From Nemertoderma westbladi (Eukaryota > Animalia > Xenacoelomorpha): 64,000 nt of DNA. The notes under the pieces are model-generated. The model was not told where the DNA came from. It saw only the letters and a program-made list of their open reading frames with translations, and searched no databases. Below are positions 39,815-55,000 of the stretch, one piece after another (positions within the stretch are counted from its first letter, which is position 1; the number at the start of each line of letters is the position of its first letter). Location of the stretch: positions 17,970 to 81,969 of the forward strand of contig JAUCBJ010002200.1 in NCBI GenBank assembly GCA_032718475.1. The letters run 5' to 3'. A program made the position numbers and the translations under genes.

Positions 39815-40947
39815 AGTGAGATTGCATGAAACTTAAAATAGAGGTAGAATCACGCAACTCCTGGGTGGGTCGTGGCCCTCGTGGGTGAGTCAGAATTTTT
39901 ATTTTTACTTTCAACTATTAGAGTACAAGCGTTAAAAAAAGGTCGATATTGCACCAGTTACACCATACACCGCAGTTATTCTTCAACCATATCTGCTTTT
40001 AGTAACATTCGTTGTAAAGGGAAAAAATTTACTTTTCAACCCAGAAAACGTTTATAGGCAATCAAATAAAAAATAACCAAAAGGTAATACAACATTGTTG
40101 CGCGGGTGTAACCTACATGTATTTTAAACATTATTATTGTGTGGTATTGTCAAATAATTTACAATTGTTTTTGAGTTATTCAAAAAAATCAAGTCTCCCC
40201 TAAAGTCAAGTCTCCCTCATTCTCCCTAGTGAAGGAAAGCTGGAGAAAAGGATTCCAAATATGTAGAATTTCGTTGTAAAATGCCCGACATATTCAATAA
40301 TTAGGGCGTTCAATAATGTTGCATAGTGTTGCACCTCTACGAGGCTATTTTATTCTATTAAATTTTTAAAGTTAATTAGGCCTCTAAGCCATGGAACTGG
40401 GAGTGGCACAATAAAACACGATAAAGAGAATAAATAATAAATTAAATTAAAAGCACCGTCGTCACTTAGATATACTGAAGTAGAGTTGATGAATCCGGTG
40501 GAGATTCTATTTAATAAATACAACATATTCTGGAACATTTTGTTAATGTATGAATAGCTACATAATAGTATGATTAAAGAGTTATTGCATTGTTGCCCAT
40601 CTACGTATTGATAAACAAAATGTTCCAGAATATGGTGTATTTATTAAATATAATAAAATAATCTCACAGAGGTGCAAAACTATGTAACATTTGAACGCTC
40701 ACATCTCGGCTATTGTTCAATGAAATTCAGATTGTGTTACAGATTTGGAATCCTTGCATGTTCAGCTTTCCATCCGTATGTACAAACAGATCACAATAAC
40801 GTTAAATAAAAACTTCGGTATAACTCAGGTGCAAATAACGACCGAGGCACCCTTTTTAAACGCTTTTAGCTAAAAAAATGAGAACAAAAATAAAAATTCT
40901 GACTCACCCAACCAACCCACGAGGGTCAAATTTCATGCAATCCCATT
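39815..40947. mobile_element. MITE/foldback element (~1.1 kb)
   Basis: Terminal gattgcatgaaa / tttcatgcaatc, subterminal gggtgagtcagaatttttattttt inverted at ~40885-40910, further internal inverted pairs (~40510-40545 / 40615-40650). Confidence 0.7.
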
Positions 40948-41153
40948 CAGATTTGTATAAAAACAATTTTTTTTTGGGGGGGGGGGGCAATGTAGCTGAA
41001 TAACGACACTATATTCCAGGAAATGGTGTACTACTGTACTGTAATCAGGTAGGTGTATAACAACGAGTGTAATATGAAGACTGACAGGACATTGGGAATT
41101 AACAGTTATTACATATATCCAATGACTTTTAGACAAACTGACCAATCAGACAA

Positions 41154-42267
41154 TGAAAAAGCTTTTGCGGACATAACAAGTCATTTTTACGCAATGCGCA
41201 GAATACTCTAAAATAGCCCTAAAATTGTTCAACTACGCGTCGGACAGAAATTAGAACCAAGATGACGAAATCTGTCAGCTGATTCTTTGTGTACGTGGAG
41301 ATTCCTTTGTTGAGCTTATTCAGCCAATCAGAGCAATCTTCCCAGTTATGCCAGTAGAGACCTACCTGAGGAAACTAGCGCATGCGCAGTTATCGTTTTT
41401 CTGAGAATTAGATTCCTCTCAGAATTCTGTACTAAGTACGGACGTTTCAGACTTTAGCCCAAGAACATCTGATGGCTGGAGTTATAAGGACGTAAATCTA
41501 TTAACAAACCATACGCACGTCGTACGACGCATTGCACTAAACATAACTCACCTGGAACACATACTGACTGTTCACCGCACTGTTTTAATGCTGTTTTATA
41601 TTGTGTTAATTGCTGTTTATATTAATGGATGTTATATTTGGAGAATACCGATAAATAATTGTAAACCCCTCAATCTTCTTGATTACTGAGGTAAGCGGAG
41701 GAAGAGTCTACCGGTAGCAACTGTGACTCAAATTATAGTGGTTTTTGTGTGAATTAAATGCTATTTCATAATCCCTACGTGTGTCAGTTGCAATCCTCCT
41801 TATATATGATCAAAATCAGTGACGGTCGGCAAATTAGTGTGAATTAGTGTAAATTAGTGTGAAGTAGTGTGAAGTCGTATGAAGGTTAATAAAGCATCTC
41901 CTAAAGAATGCACTATTTACGAAACTCAGTGGCCATTTAGTTGTGATTAGTGTAAGTCATAACTCTGTTTTATACTTAAAGCACCACATCCCAAAGGAAC
42001 TGTTAATATTTCCCCGAAAGTAAATATAGTTGTCAGAGATTATATAGTAGCAATCAATCGAATAATACAAAGTAGCCTACACCGCAATAACTTCCTCTGG
42101 AACCCGAATCCAGTCTCCCACACCGTGGGTCATACGCCGCGCATGGACTGGCTTCGGCAGATGTAAATTCAGTACACCAGGTAATTGGTACGGGCAAAGT
42201 CTATTCATAATTAAAAGGATATTTAAAATTGGCAGGTTAAACTGCTAAAGGTCTAAAAGCGCGAACA
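41154..42267 (+). repeat. E2 5' LTR (1114 bp)
   Basis: Direct repeat of 56395-57179; termini shared with E1 LTR (tg.aaaagcttttg...aaagcgcgaaca), U3 strongly diverged from E1. Confidence 0.96.
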
Positions 42268-42279
42268 TTAATAGATTTA
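42268..42279 (+). promoter_or_regulatory. E2 non-tRNA primer-binding site TTAATAGATTTA
   Basis: Abuts the 5' LTR end; exact complement of LTR 12-mer TAAATCTATTAA at 41493-41504. Confidence 0.75.
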
Positions 42280-44031
42280 GATTCTTTATTGCCCAGTAGG
42301 CAATAAAACCCAAAACGGACCGGTAGGATGGTAAACTGTAGGCTTGATCCGAACCGGTACTTACAGGTACAACAGTATTAGTTCGATTGTGATAATTATA
42401 TACCGGTAGGTCTTAATATTTAATCGGGGACTGCAGTCCTGGTTTTTATTGGGATTTTACTTATTTCTGTCAGTTTTATTTATCGGTAAGTGTAATATTG
42501 AGCAGAAGGCGTGTAAGCCTGCTCAGATTGTATAAATAATTTGTAGGCCGGATTGTTGTCTAACTGTTGTTAGGTCTGAGGCGATTGCAGTGTATGTAGA
42601 GTGTCTGTCCGATAAAGTGCTAGTTAGGAGGGTGGAGGCATCCAGTGTTGTAAGGTAAATCCCCCACGAAAGAATAAGTCGTACTACGTAGTTAGAACGC
42701 TAACTAACTAACCATTTCGGAGATTGCATATACTGTAATTTATTTAGGCTTGACAGTAGTCTGCCAGCATTTGGTCTGTGTTTTGTTTGAATAGTCTGTA
42801 CGGGTAGCGTAATATTTATTATTCAGAATTTTTGTAAGTATTTGGAACCTTCATCTCCCCAAGTTTATCCCTTACAGTAATTATGCTTGTTATGCATACT
42901 GTTATAGTTAAATTAACCCCGGTACTACTTCAGGACTGCTTGGCGTAGGACAGACTGGTGATTTTGTGCTCCAGTCACTCGAGCAGATACCGTGGTTCTT
43001 TTGGCTGTTCATGTATATTTAACTGCTAGTTATATGTTGTATAAGCACTTGTACCTAATTTAGGGTTTAGAGTACAGTGCTTTCCTGAAAGTAATTTAGT
43101 GTGTAGGCAGTATATTTGTGTTGTAACGTGGTTAATAGGTCCGTTAGCTCTGGTTGGCTTCGATAATTAACCTCTAGGTATAGGACACTCCGGGTACATA
43201 ATGTAGTTCTTATAGTTTAAGACTATAAGCCGTCAGACGGTGGCATTTCCTTATCTGGACAACGCAACATACTTAATACTACTTTATTGGTTTCAAATAC
43301 TGTAATTTCCTGTCAGTTTGTAAGAACCAGAAATTCTAACTCCTTGTTAGTCTGGTTCGTAAATTTCTTGTAAAATTACCCTAAAAATTGTACGTGTAAC
43401 TTGTTTATTGTTTATTTAGAGATTGTGTAATCTCAACCCGATATGTAAGTAATTTGTAGTGATAAGTAACTTAGTTAAGTAGAATTATCAGTATTAGTGT
43501 CTAATAAGTAGCACTCCACTGAGAGCGTTTAGCTTCTGTGTAGTGACTTCTTATACAGAAATAATAACATTTATTTCAAATATTGTCAAAACCCATTACG
43601 GGTATATATATATATATTTATAAATCATCTCAATCAGATTTATAAATTAATAGGCCTGTTATACATCAATTAGGTCTTAATATCAGTTGAACTACTGCTT
43701 AATATCAGTAATAAAGTAAAAGGGAAGTAATCCCTAAAATTTGGATAATCAGTTATTATTAAATAATTGACATTACCGGTGTTTACGGTAAGCTTATTAT
43801 ATTTATATAAATTAGGCTAAGCTTATATACCGGTATTCTGTGACTGATCCTAGCTGTAATAATACTGATATATATACTATAGGTGTATACTGGTATTCTA
43901 ATATTAAGATATATACCACGTTACATTGAGTAGCGATATCGGTAACTACTAGACTGACAGTTGATACTGATTTCCCCTAGACTTTCTTTAACTGTCATTA
44001 TAGTAGTAGGCATTCAACTGTAAAATAAATT

Positions 44032-47000
44032 ATGTCTGACATAAAACAAACACTGTCAGATAGTCTCTTAGAAAGAACGATCTGTAACCCAGATCAAAGT
44101 ATGGAACATCCCAGACCTGAATTCTAAATCCCCTCCTACTGTAAGAAAGGTTATCCCTACAGTAGTGGTATCGGACCCTAGGCTAGTAAAGCACCATAGG
44201 TCTATTATAGGCACTAGGGCTCAAATTAAGCGAGACCAAGCGATGGCTGTAAAACAGCAACAGTGCCCGAACCGAGAACTTATTTCTCAACTGCGTAGTA
44301 ACTCTAGTTCTGACACCGACGAGTTAATGCCTGAGATTGGGACAAGGATGAAAGAAGCGGTTTATCCAGCCTCACTTCTAATTCTTCCCGGGGCCGTACT
44401 CACTAGAGTACTTATAGCTGTAGAAGAACATCAAGCAGATTGGATAAGAAATAAGAGATCGACCAGGGACAGTTACGCGGGATACCCGATGGAAGAACTA
44501 AGGTCTATTGTAGAGACTCAATGGAACTTCCCCGGACCCAGACTCCCGTTTAACTTATCGGAAGCTGCCTGGGAAGACTTATACCAGATGGGGGTAGTGA
44601 TGGACACCCGAGATCGCGCTGTATAGAAGAGGTCAGCAGCAGGATATGTCCAGGGATTCTTCAACTCCTTGGAACGACTAGAACCACATTTATTTCAACA
44701 AACACAAGGACCTCAAGAGCAGGGAGAGCTGCTTTACCAAGTGAGAGAACGTATCTTGAGGATCAGATTAATCCTTTCAGCCTTTGAAGAGGCCTTGAAG
44801 AGAAGTCAAGACATGTCGTTGCAGGTGGCTGTAAAGACTTGGTTCCAATGAGTGAATGTTAAAGTCCAGGAAACAACATAATGGAGGGTTCAGCTAACTG
44901 AACGCATAACCCACGGAGAATCAACTGATGCAACCTTTTCTCATTTGGAAGGCGATGCAGTATCTGAAAAACCTAAGAAGAAGGATGCTTTTGACATCTA
45001 TCTGTCGGATTATCAACGATTTATAGGTGACAAAGAGCTAAGGAGACGGCTAGCTGGACTTCACCCCAATAGTGAAGGAGCCAAATTTATTTTGGACTCT
45101 TTAGATGCGGAGATATTAGCCGCGGAGCAGGCTAAATTTGATGAAAGCATTCTCATCGCAATGGACAAAGAAGAACAAATAAAGAAAAAACAGATGGAAG
45201 ACCGAAAGGTAGCAGCAGCAGCGGCAGAGGCTGAAAGAAAAGAGGCAGCGGCAGCAGCAGAAGCTGAAAGAAAAGCGGCAGCGGCGGCGGCAGTGGCAGA
45301 AGCTGAAAGAAAAGCGGCAGCAGCAGCGGCAGTGGCAGAAGCAGAATGGAAGGCATCTGAAGCGACAGTCCAACTAGAGTTGGAGAACCTTCAGGTGAAA
45401 CAAGATTACTTAAATAAACAAAGAGCAGCTACTCAGATGCAACTACTGAGTCGATCTACTCCCAGAAGACAGGGATTTACCTCCTCCGATGAAGGTGATA
45501 CAACTGATCCCGAGGGTAAAAGTAATAAATCTCGTTCAAACGGATGTAGAAGAGCGCCCCACCGGTATAAGTTGCCTAACTTACCCCCTGCGGTGAGAAG
45601 GGAGCTAGATAGTGTAGATCGAGAGCCAACAGCCCAAATTATAAGAGAAGAAATACTACCTACTATAGTAGATGAGCCAGAAATAATTAGGCCTGTTAGC
45701 GAAGCCACTCCCTTGACTCCATTGACTTACCTTTTAATGAATATTACAAAGATAACATACAGAACTCCGTACTATCCAGCAGAGAGAAACTATGATTCCT
45801 CATTGAGTGCTTGGAAGGACCTCCCAAGTTAATGGCGTTAAAGTTTATTGGACATCCAGATGGATTGAGACAAGTTTGGGATACGCTAAACATCAGGTAT
45901 GGTAATAGGACTAACATAGCTAGAAATCTGTAAGATTACAGCTCCTAAAACAGTCTAGAGAGAAGACACCAGAAAATAAGGTAAGTGAAAAACCCGTCAC
46001 TAGGAGAAAGGTAACACCAGTGTGTTATACAGATGATTACGAAAGCCAAACATCATATGACGAGAACAGTGGCAAGGATACTGAGAGATCTTACTACGTA
46101 AACAAAGTTAGGAAAGACGTAAGTAAATCTAAGGCTCGAACCAGCAGCAAGAGGGAACAGATGACAACTCCCCCTATATCTCCTACGAGAATTCATGGAA
46201 GGAATACCGAAGAAAGAGCTAGCGTACAAAACACGATGCAGGTTAAGGTAAGTAACATCAAACCTAAGTGTGTATTGTGCGACGGGCCATATCGCTTGAG
46301 TGGGTGTGAAGAATTCCTAAAGAAAACATTAAAGGATAGATGTGATGTCATGTGGGATAAACGGTTGTGCTATAACTGCCTCAGGCGAGGATATCAATGA
46401 AAAACCTGTTACTCAGATGCGAGGTGTGCTAAGTGCGTAAGTGCGGCACGAAACATCATATCTTGCTGCACACCGAATTTGATAAGACCCGGATGACTCA
46501 GGTAAGTAAGCCCGAACTACATGTCCAATTCAGTGATGTGAACGATACTGACCACAGTTCGGAGATGGAAGGATTCTACACTGATGAATTTTCAGACGAA
46601 AATGAATCCTGTTATATGATCAACACAACTGTCTATCGAGCACCTACGTACGAAACCGAGACGGAGGGAGAAGAACCCCGGCTGTCTATTCCGGATCGAC
46701 AGCTCTCATAGAAAGTGCCAACATCATCTGTCGGTATCCGAGAGTTTCCCGTGGTGCAACTGAGGGTACATGGAATAGGGAAGGGCTTAATAGTGAATGC
46801 CCTCCTTGACTCCGGCAGTACAGGCACCTTTATAGACAAAGACCTAGCCGAAGATATCTTTGTTGGTCAACCAAAGTTCCGAACCAAACTGAACCTTTCC
46901 AGAATTATGCAGGTTTGTAAATCCACGGTATCAACCAATTACTACGTGGGTTCGTTGTCCACCCCCCAGGATGAACTAGGTGAAAATAGTGTAAGGTCAG

Positions 47001-50000
47001 TTAAAATGGTGGCGATAAAGAACTTTGCTATTAGCCAAGTAGAGCCTTATAACTGGGATGAAGATCATTTTACCCAGCAATACAACATACCTAGATTCAG
47101 TACCGATTATCCAGGGGTACAGATATTACTCGGCCAAAATGCGCACGAGGCGCTTGAGATAATAGAAAGCAGTCTGCTTGACCGCGACCTAAGCGGGAAG
47201 AACAAGAGTAGGTTGGTACTTCACGGGACCTTCCCACAGGACTTTGCAAGAAAGACTCCCGAGCGAGCAAGTCCATCAGGTAAATGAATGTGAGGAAGAT
47301 ATAAGTGAAGAAGAAATACCAGCTGAGGAAACCCCATACTCCTCAGATAACGACGATATACATAACTTAAATGACGAGGAAAATACCATTGAACTCCTCA
47401 CTGAGAATCAAACTTGGTTAAACCAAGTTAACTTGTGTAACCTTATCAGTCAAAATAGCGAACAATTGACTTATGACGATGAACTAAATGAAGCGGTAGA
47501 GCGGTACAATAGTAAGGTGCGCGATGAACACGCCGTACGATTCTTTATTCAAGAAGCCATAGAGCCTAATTCCTATGACAAAGCGTTGTCCGTTGAGGAA
47601 GATAGAGCCAAACACTAAAAGCACACCTAAAGCGGTTATCGACAACATCAAACAGGAAATTTACATGGATGACAATTTAAAGTCCCTCCCATCGGTGGAA
47701 GAAGCAATCGATGTTGCCAAGGGAATGGTAGAGTGCTTACAACGAGGTGGATTTCGCCTAACCAAATTCACTAGTAACTCCCGTGAGTTCCTGGAATCGA
47801 TCCCCGTAGAAGACCGAGGTGTTAAAGACCTTGACCTCATTAAGGACGATCTTCCAGAAACCAAGACTCTTGGATTAAAATGGGACACTGAGAGAGATAT
47901 TATATTCTTTCAATTGAAGCAACGAGATAATCCAGTTAGAACTAAATGGATTTGTCTAAGTATTCTGAGCACTTATTTCGATCCGTTGGGATTCATTAGC
48001 CCAGTCATACTAGTTGCTCGGAGCTTAGTACAACAAATGTGGCTCGAAAACCACTCGTGGGATGATCCACTCAAGGGAGAACTGCTAAAAAAGTGGATGA
48101 AATGGGAAGATTCTTTACCATCTATCTAGAACTTTAAGATTTCCCACTCATATTTCGGTCACGTTCTCCCCACATATTCCTATCAACTCCATGTTTTTGG
48201 AGACGCCAGCGATATTGGAATAGGTATAGTAGCCGATGGAATTAAGGTTTCATTAGTCGCCTCTAAGGCCCTAATAAACAACAAACTACGAGTTCCCAGA
48301 GCGGAGTTAAAGGTGGCTCTATACGCTACAGCCATCAGCCAGAATGTAATGGAACAGATCGACTATCCACTAGAGAAAACTGTCTATTGGACTGATGCTT
48401 TACTCGTTCTGGAGTATATAACTAATGAAGTCTGTCAGTTCAGCGTCTTTGTTACCAACAGAGTAGCCATTATACTCATTCGCTCTAATATAGATCAATG
48501 GAGACATTGCCCTGGGACGATTAATCCAGCTGACATCGCTTCCAGAGGAGAAACTCCTCAAGAATTGATAGATACTCCAGACTGGTTAGGTGGACCCGAC
48601 TTCCTGGGTAAAGAAGAGGAGGAATGGCCCCCTCATCTCACCACAGCGGAGATCAGACAAGCCAAGGGAGCGGTGAAAGTCAAACCAAAAACCCGGACGA
48701 GTAAATCAAAGCTGTTTAAGCCAGCGCTAGATCTGTCTGTGCTACACACCGCCTGTGACGCCACTGTGGATCTAAACTCATCCATGGATGTTACTCGAAC
48801 TATAAATAAATTCATTATAGAAATCAGGGAAAGAGACTGGAAATCTGGAACACCAGACGTCTAGCAAGGACTCTCTCCTCTCATCCAAAGAGCAAGGACT
48901 CATTACAGCTCCTGGAATCGGCTTTGCAAGGCCATTGTGTATCTGAAAAGATGTTTCCATCATCATTATTCCAGGACGAAGATCACTAATGATACCGCTC
49001 CAGTAGTAGCTGAAAAGGTCCATGCTACTAAAGACCTTCCCACTTATAGAGTGCCTGATAGGTTTCTGACTGAGAAGATCAGTTACCAAGAACATGATGA
49101 TACCAATAAGCAGATACTGAGACTCCGGCAATGTTACGAGGATTCCGATAAATATTTCCGGTTGTTAAGAAATCCACAGATGCGTTTAAGGGATCGTTTC
49201 TCTAGCACAATGATAGATGGGTTAATACATGTCGGAGGGTGATTAACCAATGCTCCATTATCCTTTGACACTAAGTTTCCCATACTCATTAGAAATCTTG
49301 AAATACAAATCAAGATGATTGTAGATGTTCACAGTAAGCTTTACCATGCTGGTAGAGAACGAGTTCTTAGCGAAATTCAAACTCTCTATTATTTCCATAA
49401 GCCCCGTAGAGCTCTAAACCAAGTTTTTAGGAACTGTATACCCTGTAGGAAAGCATTTACTAGGCCTTTAATACAGCGAGAGGCAGAATTACCTAGGGAA
49501 CGAGTAAGCTGTTATGAACCACCCTTTACTAATACTGGTGTGGATTTATTTGGCCCTATTGAAGTATATCGAGCTAGGACTATAGTTAAGCGATGGTGCG
49601 TCATCTTTGTCTGTATGACTTGTAGAGCGATCCATCTAGATATGGTGAACGATCTATCTACCAACAGCTTCATACTGAGTTTACGCCGACAAATCGCTCG
49701 TTTTGGGACTAGCACACTATGATATCTGACAAAGGAACTAATTTCATTGGCGCCAATAACGAGATCAAAGTTTACGTAAAGGATTGGAACCAAAGACAGG
49801 TGGACGATCAGCTAAGAGTAACAGCATCTAGCTGGACCTTCAACGCCGCCGACGCCCCTTGGTGGGGAGCAAGTTGGGAGAGACTCATACGTAGCATAAA
49901 GACCGCATTTCACTTTATAGTGTCGTGCCGCGTGTATCTCACCGACGAACTTTTGCGGACATTAATGGAAGAAATCGCCGCCTATCTCAACGAGAGACCG

Positions 50001-50530
50001 CTTATGCCAGTCTCATCTAGTCCCGACGCCCTAGAAGCGCTAACACCCGCGCATTTCCAACTAAAGAAACCTGTAGCCATGCTCCCGCAATCAGAAATAG
50101 GAAATCGGAAATGGAGACGAATACTGCCGACAAACTTGGCAAATTATGCAGTTATTATCCCGTCGTTTCGCTGACCATTTCGAAAAAAATTATCTTCCTA
50201 CGCTACAACTTCGAACAAAGTGGTTTGTGCAGCAAGAAAACATCAGCGCCGGAGACATGGTCCTTATCGTGGAATCAGATCTTCCCCGTAAGAGGTAGCA
50301 GACAGGTCGTATCATCGAGACTCATACATCCGATGATGGTTTAGTGCGATCGGTAGAACTCGTCGTCATGCGACGTAACTTTAAGAAACCTGGAATTGTG
50401 TTCGAAATGCAACAACTTAATCGCCCGGTTTGTCGTTTATGTTTAGTTGTCCAGTAACTATGGAAGGCAAGAGACTCTTCCCATGACCACCTCCCTAATC
50501 CAACAAACATCTAGGGACTCCCCAATGTAA
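44032..50530 (+). pseudogene. E2 gag-pol, disrupted
   Basis: Homologous to the E1 polyprotein but with many stops and frameshifts, and deletions in gag (~45720, ~45950) and the N-terminal half of RT (~47615). Confidence 0.95.
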
Positions 50531-52070
50531 TAACGTTCGGAGTGGGTGTGTGACTTAATTATTTTATTTTTTATTTTTATATTTATGTATGTATTATTAT
50601 GTAATTTTTATTATTATAATCGTTTTCTTTAATCTTATTTGGTAGAATAATATTTTAACGATTATTCAGTAGATTCGTGCAATATATTTCGTGTTTTATT
50701 ACTTAATTACTTAGTATAATATATTTCGATTAACGGCGAGAAATAATTTCATTTTCTCTTTCCTTAATGTCCGTGTCATACTATAAATACGTGACTACAG
50801 TAAGATGAAATGTCAGTACTTATTAAAGTACAACATACTGCCCGTACTATACTTAAGTATTATTGGTAAGTAGAGTATTAGGAATGCAAAGTTCAGATCC
50901 TCGTGTCTCAGCTAAACCAAGCTCTGGGTAGACCTTGGAAACGACTTGCCTCTTCTCACTGACATTGCTTCTTGCAATATTGCTCTCATACCGTATCTTA
51001 AATAATACATGTAGTAGAATGATGTCCATTTAACAGTAGCGTTGAAGTGCAAAATAAATCTGTTAAACCCTTTGACCATCTGAAATTCTAGTTGATTAAG
51101 ATATCGCGGCACCCACCGATATACTTGAAAGACAAAATTCTAGAATCAATGGTTAACGTCCCCAGACATGTTCTGAAATAAATCGGTGCCAATCGTAAAT
51201 ATTAAATATTAAATATTTGATAAATATTTACAACGTTTGTTATAACAAATGTTAAAATAGAGGAAATGCTAACAAATTAAATCTAAAAATTATAAATGAA
51301 ATCTGTTAAACCTTTAGATCCTTAAAATTCTAGTCGATTAAGATATCATAGTACTTACCGATACTCTTAAAAGACAAAATTCTAGAATTAAGGATCCTAG
51401 TTCCCAGACATGTTCTGGAATAAAATTATGTCTATTTAAATATCAAATAATAAAATTCACGGGAATAAATTTTAAATTCATATCCTCTGATGAATTTAAT
51501 AAATTGTCATTTTATACAATTTATAAACATTCCCAAAATTCCATTAATTAATAGATCATGGGAGCGGAGATTCACCCTATTAAGTATATCAGTGTGAGAG
51601 AATCTCCAGTGTACAGTCAATAGCCGATAAAATTCATAAAATCATGTATAAGGGGAATATTGACAATTAAAGAGTCACTATTAAATAGCATCCCAGATCT
51701 GTATGCATGAGAAATACCCTAATTCTACCGCTAGCTTTGCATAATGTCACCATAGTAACAACCACGCTAGAATTAGAAGTGAGTTAAAAGAACTATAGAA
51801 AGCTTGCCCCATTGAATAGCATGCAGAATAAATAGCACCTTGCTAGTATCTAGGGATACATAATAATAATGTGGCATTCTGGAAGGCATTTGACTAACGG
51901 ACAAATGGCCCTAATTTGTTCAAACTGTGGCAGGAATGTGGAATTTGTGTATTTATAGGTGAATGTTACTACTAAAGTGTGTTTACAGTAGCGAGTCGCA
52001 GTTGTGAAAGTTACCCTGCATCTGTAGCAAGTACCTCCAGTATATCCAAGCCCTTAGGACGGACAGTGGA

Positions 52071-55000
52071 GTGACTCGCGCTGGTCATTGTTGTCGTTGT
52101 GTAGCTACTACGGGAGCGATACTCAGGGAGCGATATACCCTACCACTGCAAGCGTTTGTTGATAGTTTGATAAGCGGCGACGCTAGTCAACACACGACGG
52201 AAGACGATGGCCGTTATATCGAACCGCCAATGTCAAAGGAACAGCTCAAGCGTGAATTGGACTATAGGAAATTCACCGCTCGCTATACGCATCGTGATGG
52301 TACATATATGGACTTCTTAACTACTGGTCATCCTATCGATTTACACGATACGGACGATGTAGACACCGAAAGGGAAATGATTCTATTTAAATATCATGCC
52401 CAGCGGAGTCGGAATGATAAACTGAGAATTTAACATGAAAATTCTATTCGAAACCGACTCGAAAGAGAAAATGTTGAGGAACCGAATAAACGTAGTGACT
52501 GCAACGACTATTTAGAATTATTGAGAGAAACTTATCTCAATGTAGCTAGTCAACAAAATCTAGAAACTCGATATCCTCAAGGTATACATCATAACCCTAT
52601 GGTAGAACTCAAACGACTCTATTTTACTATGATGTATCTTACCACCGATCGACCGCTACCTGTTGTACCAGATAGCTTTGAAGAGATGGAGGAATATTGT
52701 AAAACTGGAGAAAGATCACCAGCGTTTCCCTTACAAGACGTGTGTCTTTGGTATTACTGCGATGAATGCCCTAGACCCAATCAACAAACAGAAAGACACA
52801 GTTTTACTCGCTATACTTACGGGAGTTTTGAGCGAAACTTTTTTAAACGTATCACCTATGCTCGCTCGACTCAGACAATCCTTAAATAAACCTATGATCA
52901 GAGTTCCGGAATACTCAGTCAGACCTTCTCATTCCCTGGTGCGACCTCAGACTCTTGATCCTAATAGTATGATGGATCCTCCTGAGTTGTACTCATTGTT
53001 CAAAGATCTAATGTTACCCGAACAATTAGTCGGTGGCACTCCGGTTGTGGGCTCTCTAGATATTCGCCCATCCTACCTAGCCGGATTGGGACGCGTATAT
53101 CTAATATCTCCTTTCAACCCGTATAATCATCCCGGTTTAACTCCGATACAACCTGTCACCGAGGTGGAGGAAAGCGTTGTACGAAACGCGCTAGACGCTA
53201 TTTGGCAAAAGATCGGAAAAGGAACCTACGATTGTTTAGACAAACATAAATTGCAACAACAAGTTCAAGCGGTAAAAGAATTAGCTTTACCCCAGTTTGA
53301 TCGTGAAATACAGAATCTTGAGGAAGATATCGAACTTGGACGAACATACTCTCTACAAGAGTTCTTGGACGAACGCTTCCAACGACAAGCGGAGGAGAAT
53401 CAGCTCGAGGAGAAGCACATCGAAATGGATGAGAGAGAAGAAGCAGCTTTAGCCCAACCGGAAGCTCAAATCTTTATGACTGATCTCTATTCCAAAACCA
53501 TCATTCATCCTTCGATGGTTCCCCATTTCGGAGATAAACTCTTCGCCACAGTACAACCCCAACCGGTTGATATCAACTTAAGATCTAGAGATCTTATCGC
53601 TGACACTCCTATGTTACAACGTCCGCCAATCGAGGCTGCTCGTGTCGACGGTATACTCGTTGCACCTCCGGACAATCGAGCGGATCTTGTCCGTTGTATG
53701 GTACACGAGGTCAACCTACGCGCTAGACCTTTACCGAACTCATTTTACAGGATCAAAGATCACCCCTATTATGTCAATTTAACTCAATATTATATGGTGA
53801 AACCGGAAGATCCTACACACAGTTTAAAGTTTCTACCATTGATAAATCCCCTCAATCTTGTTGAACTCGAACAACTACAGAAACATTTAGATAAATTGGT
53901 TAAAGTAAACTCATTCAGAAAACCTTATAATGTTTCAAGAATAGAAAAGGACATAATACCTCCGTACAATCTCAATGGATTCATTAAAACTCGATTAGTC
54001 CATTGGAATCTCAACGTATTATTCGAGGAAGAGAGAATACAGCGATACGGAGATGCAGCTACTTATACTACGCATTATCTGAAGTATAGCGATTTACCTA
54101 ACGCGAGTGAACGCGCAACCTTATGGCATCCAGTGGGTATGACCATAAAAAACGCCACCAAAGAGTGGAACGAAACACTTAACGTTATCAAAATGTACGG
54201 AGTTGTCACTTACGATAACGAAGGTAGCGTTCCTATTGGAGAACTAGGAACTACTCAAATGATACATATACGAGGATTAGCTGGTTCTACCCATGTTTTT
54301 ACTCGAGCGTGTTCCGACGTGATCGATTATTCTTTTGAGACTCTCACAGAGATACAAAAGAAACTCCGGCATGGACAATTCGAACTCGCGCAGCGTTATG
54401 TTACCGATACCGAGCGCAAACCGACCATGGGTATAGATGGATCTATGCTACCCCAGCCAGTACTTGAGATGCTGTTTGATGAAAGAATCCTTAAAATCGG
54501 TTCAGCTGTTTATGGAGATCTCCAAAATGACTTTAGAAACATGGAGAATATCCCATATCCTTTCGTAGACACCCAGCTGATTGTACCATGGGCAGAAGGC
54601 CGAGGTTTCTTCCGAACTATGTATGCCAATACATCAAGCGGAATCAATAAAGTACAAAGAACCTCTATCGGACATCTCGCCTTCCAAGAATATGGATGGA
54701 ATTTCAAAGTTGGAAATCATGGCAGTTATCAACAAATATATGAAGACCATTATTCTCGAATATATTTTGACGGACCATTAACCGCACCTGGAGTCGTCTA
54801 TAGCTTTATGAGTGTTCCACTCCATCCCTCATTAGCTATATACACCATCTTCGAGAACGCTGCACTTGCCGGTTGGCTAGCCAATGTGTGCAGTCGCACT
54901 ATACGCGCTCATCCCTTAGTGCTTGGAACTAAACTCGCTAAGTTAGATGAATACAATAAATTCATCAGATTCGAATGTTTTAGGCGCTTTCTGACTCCGT

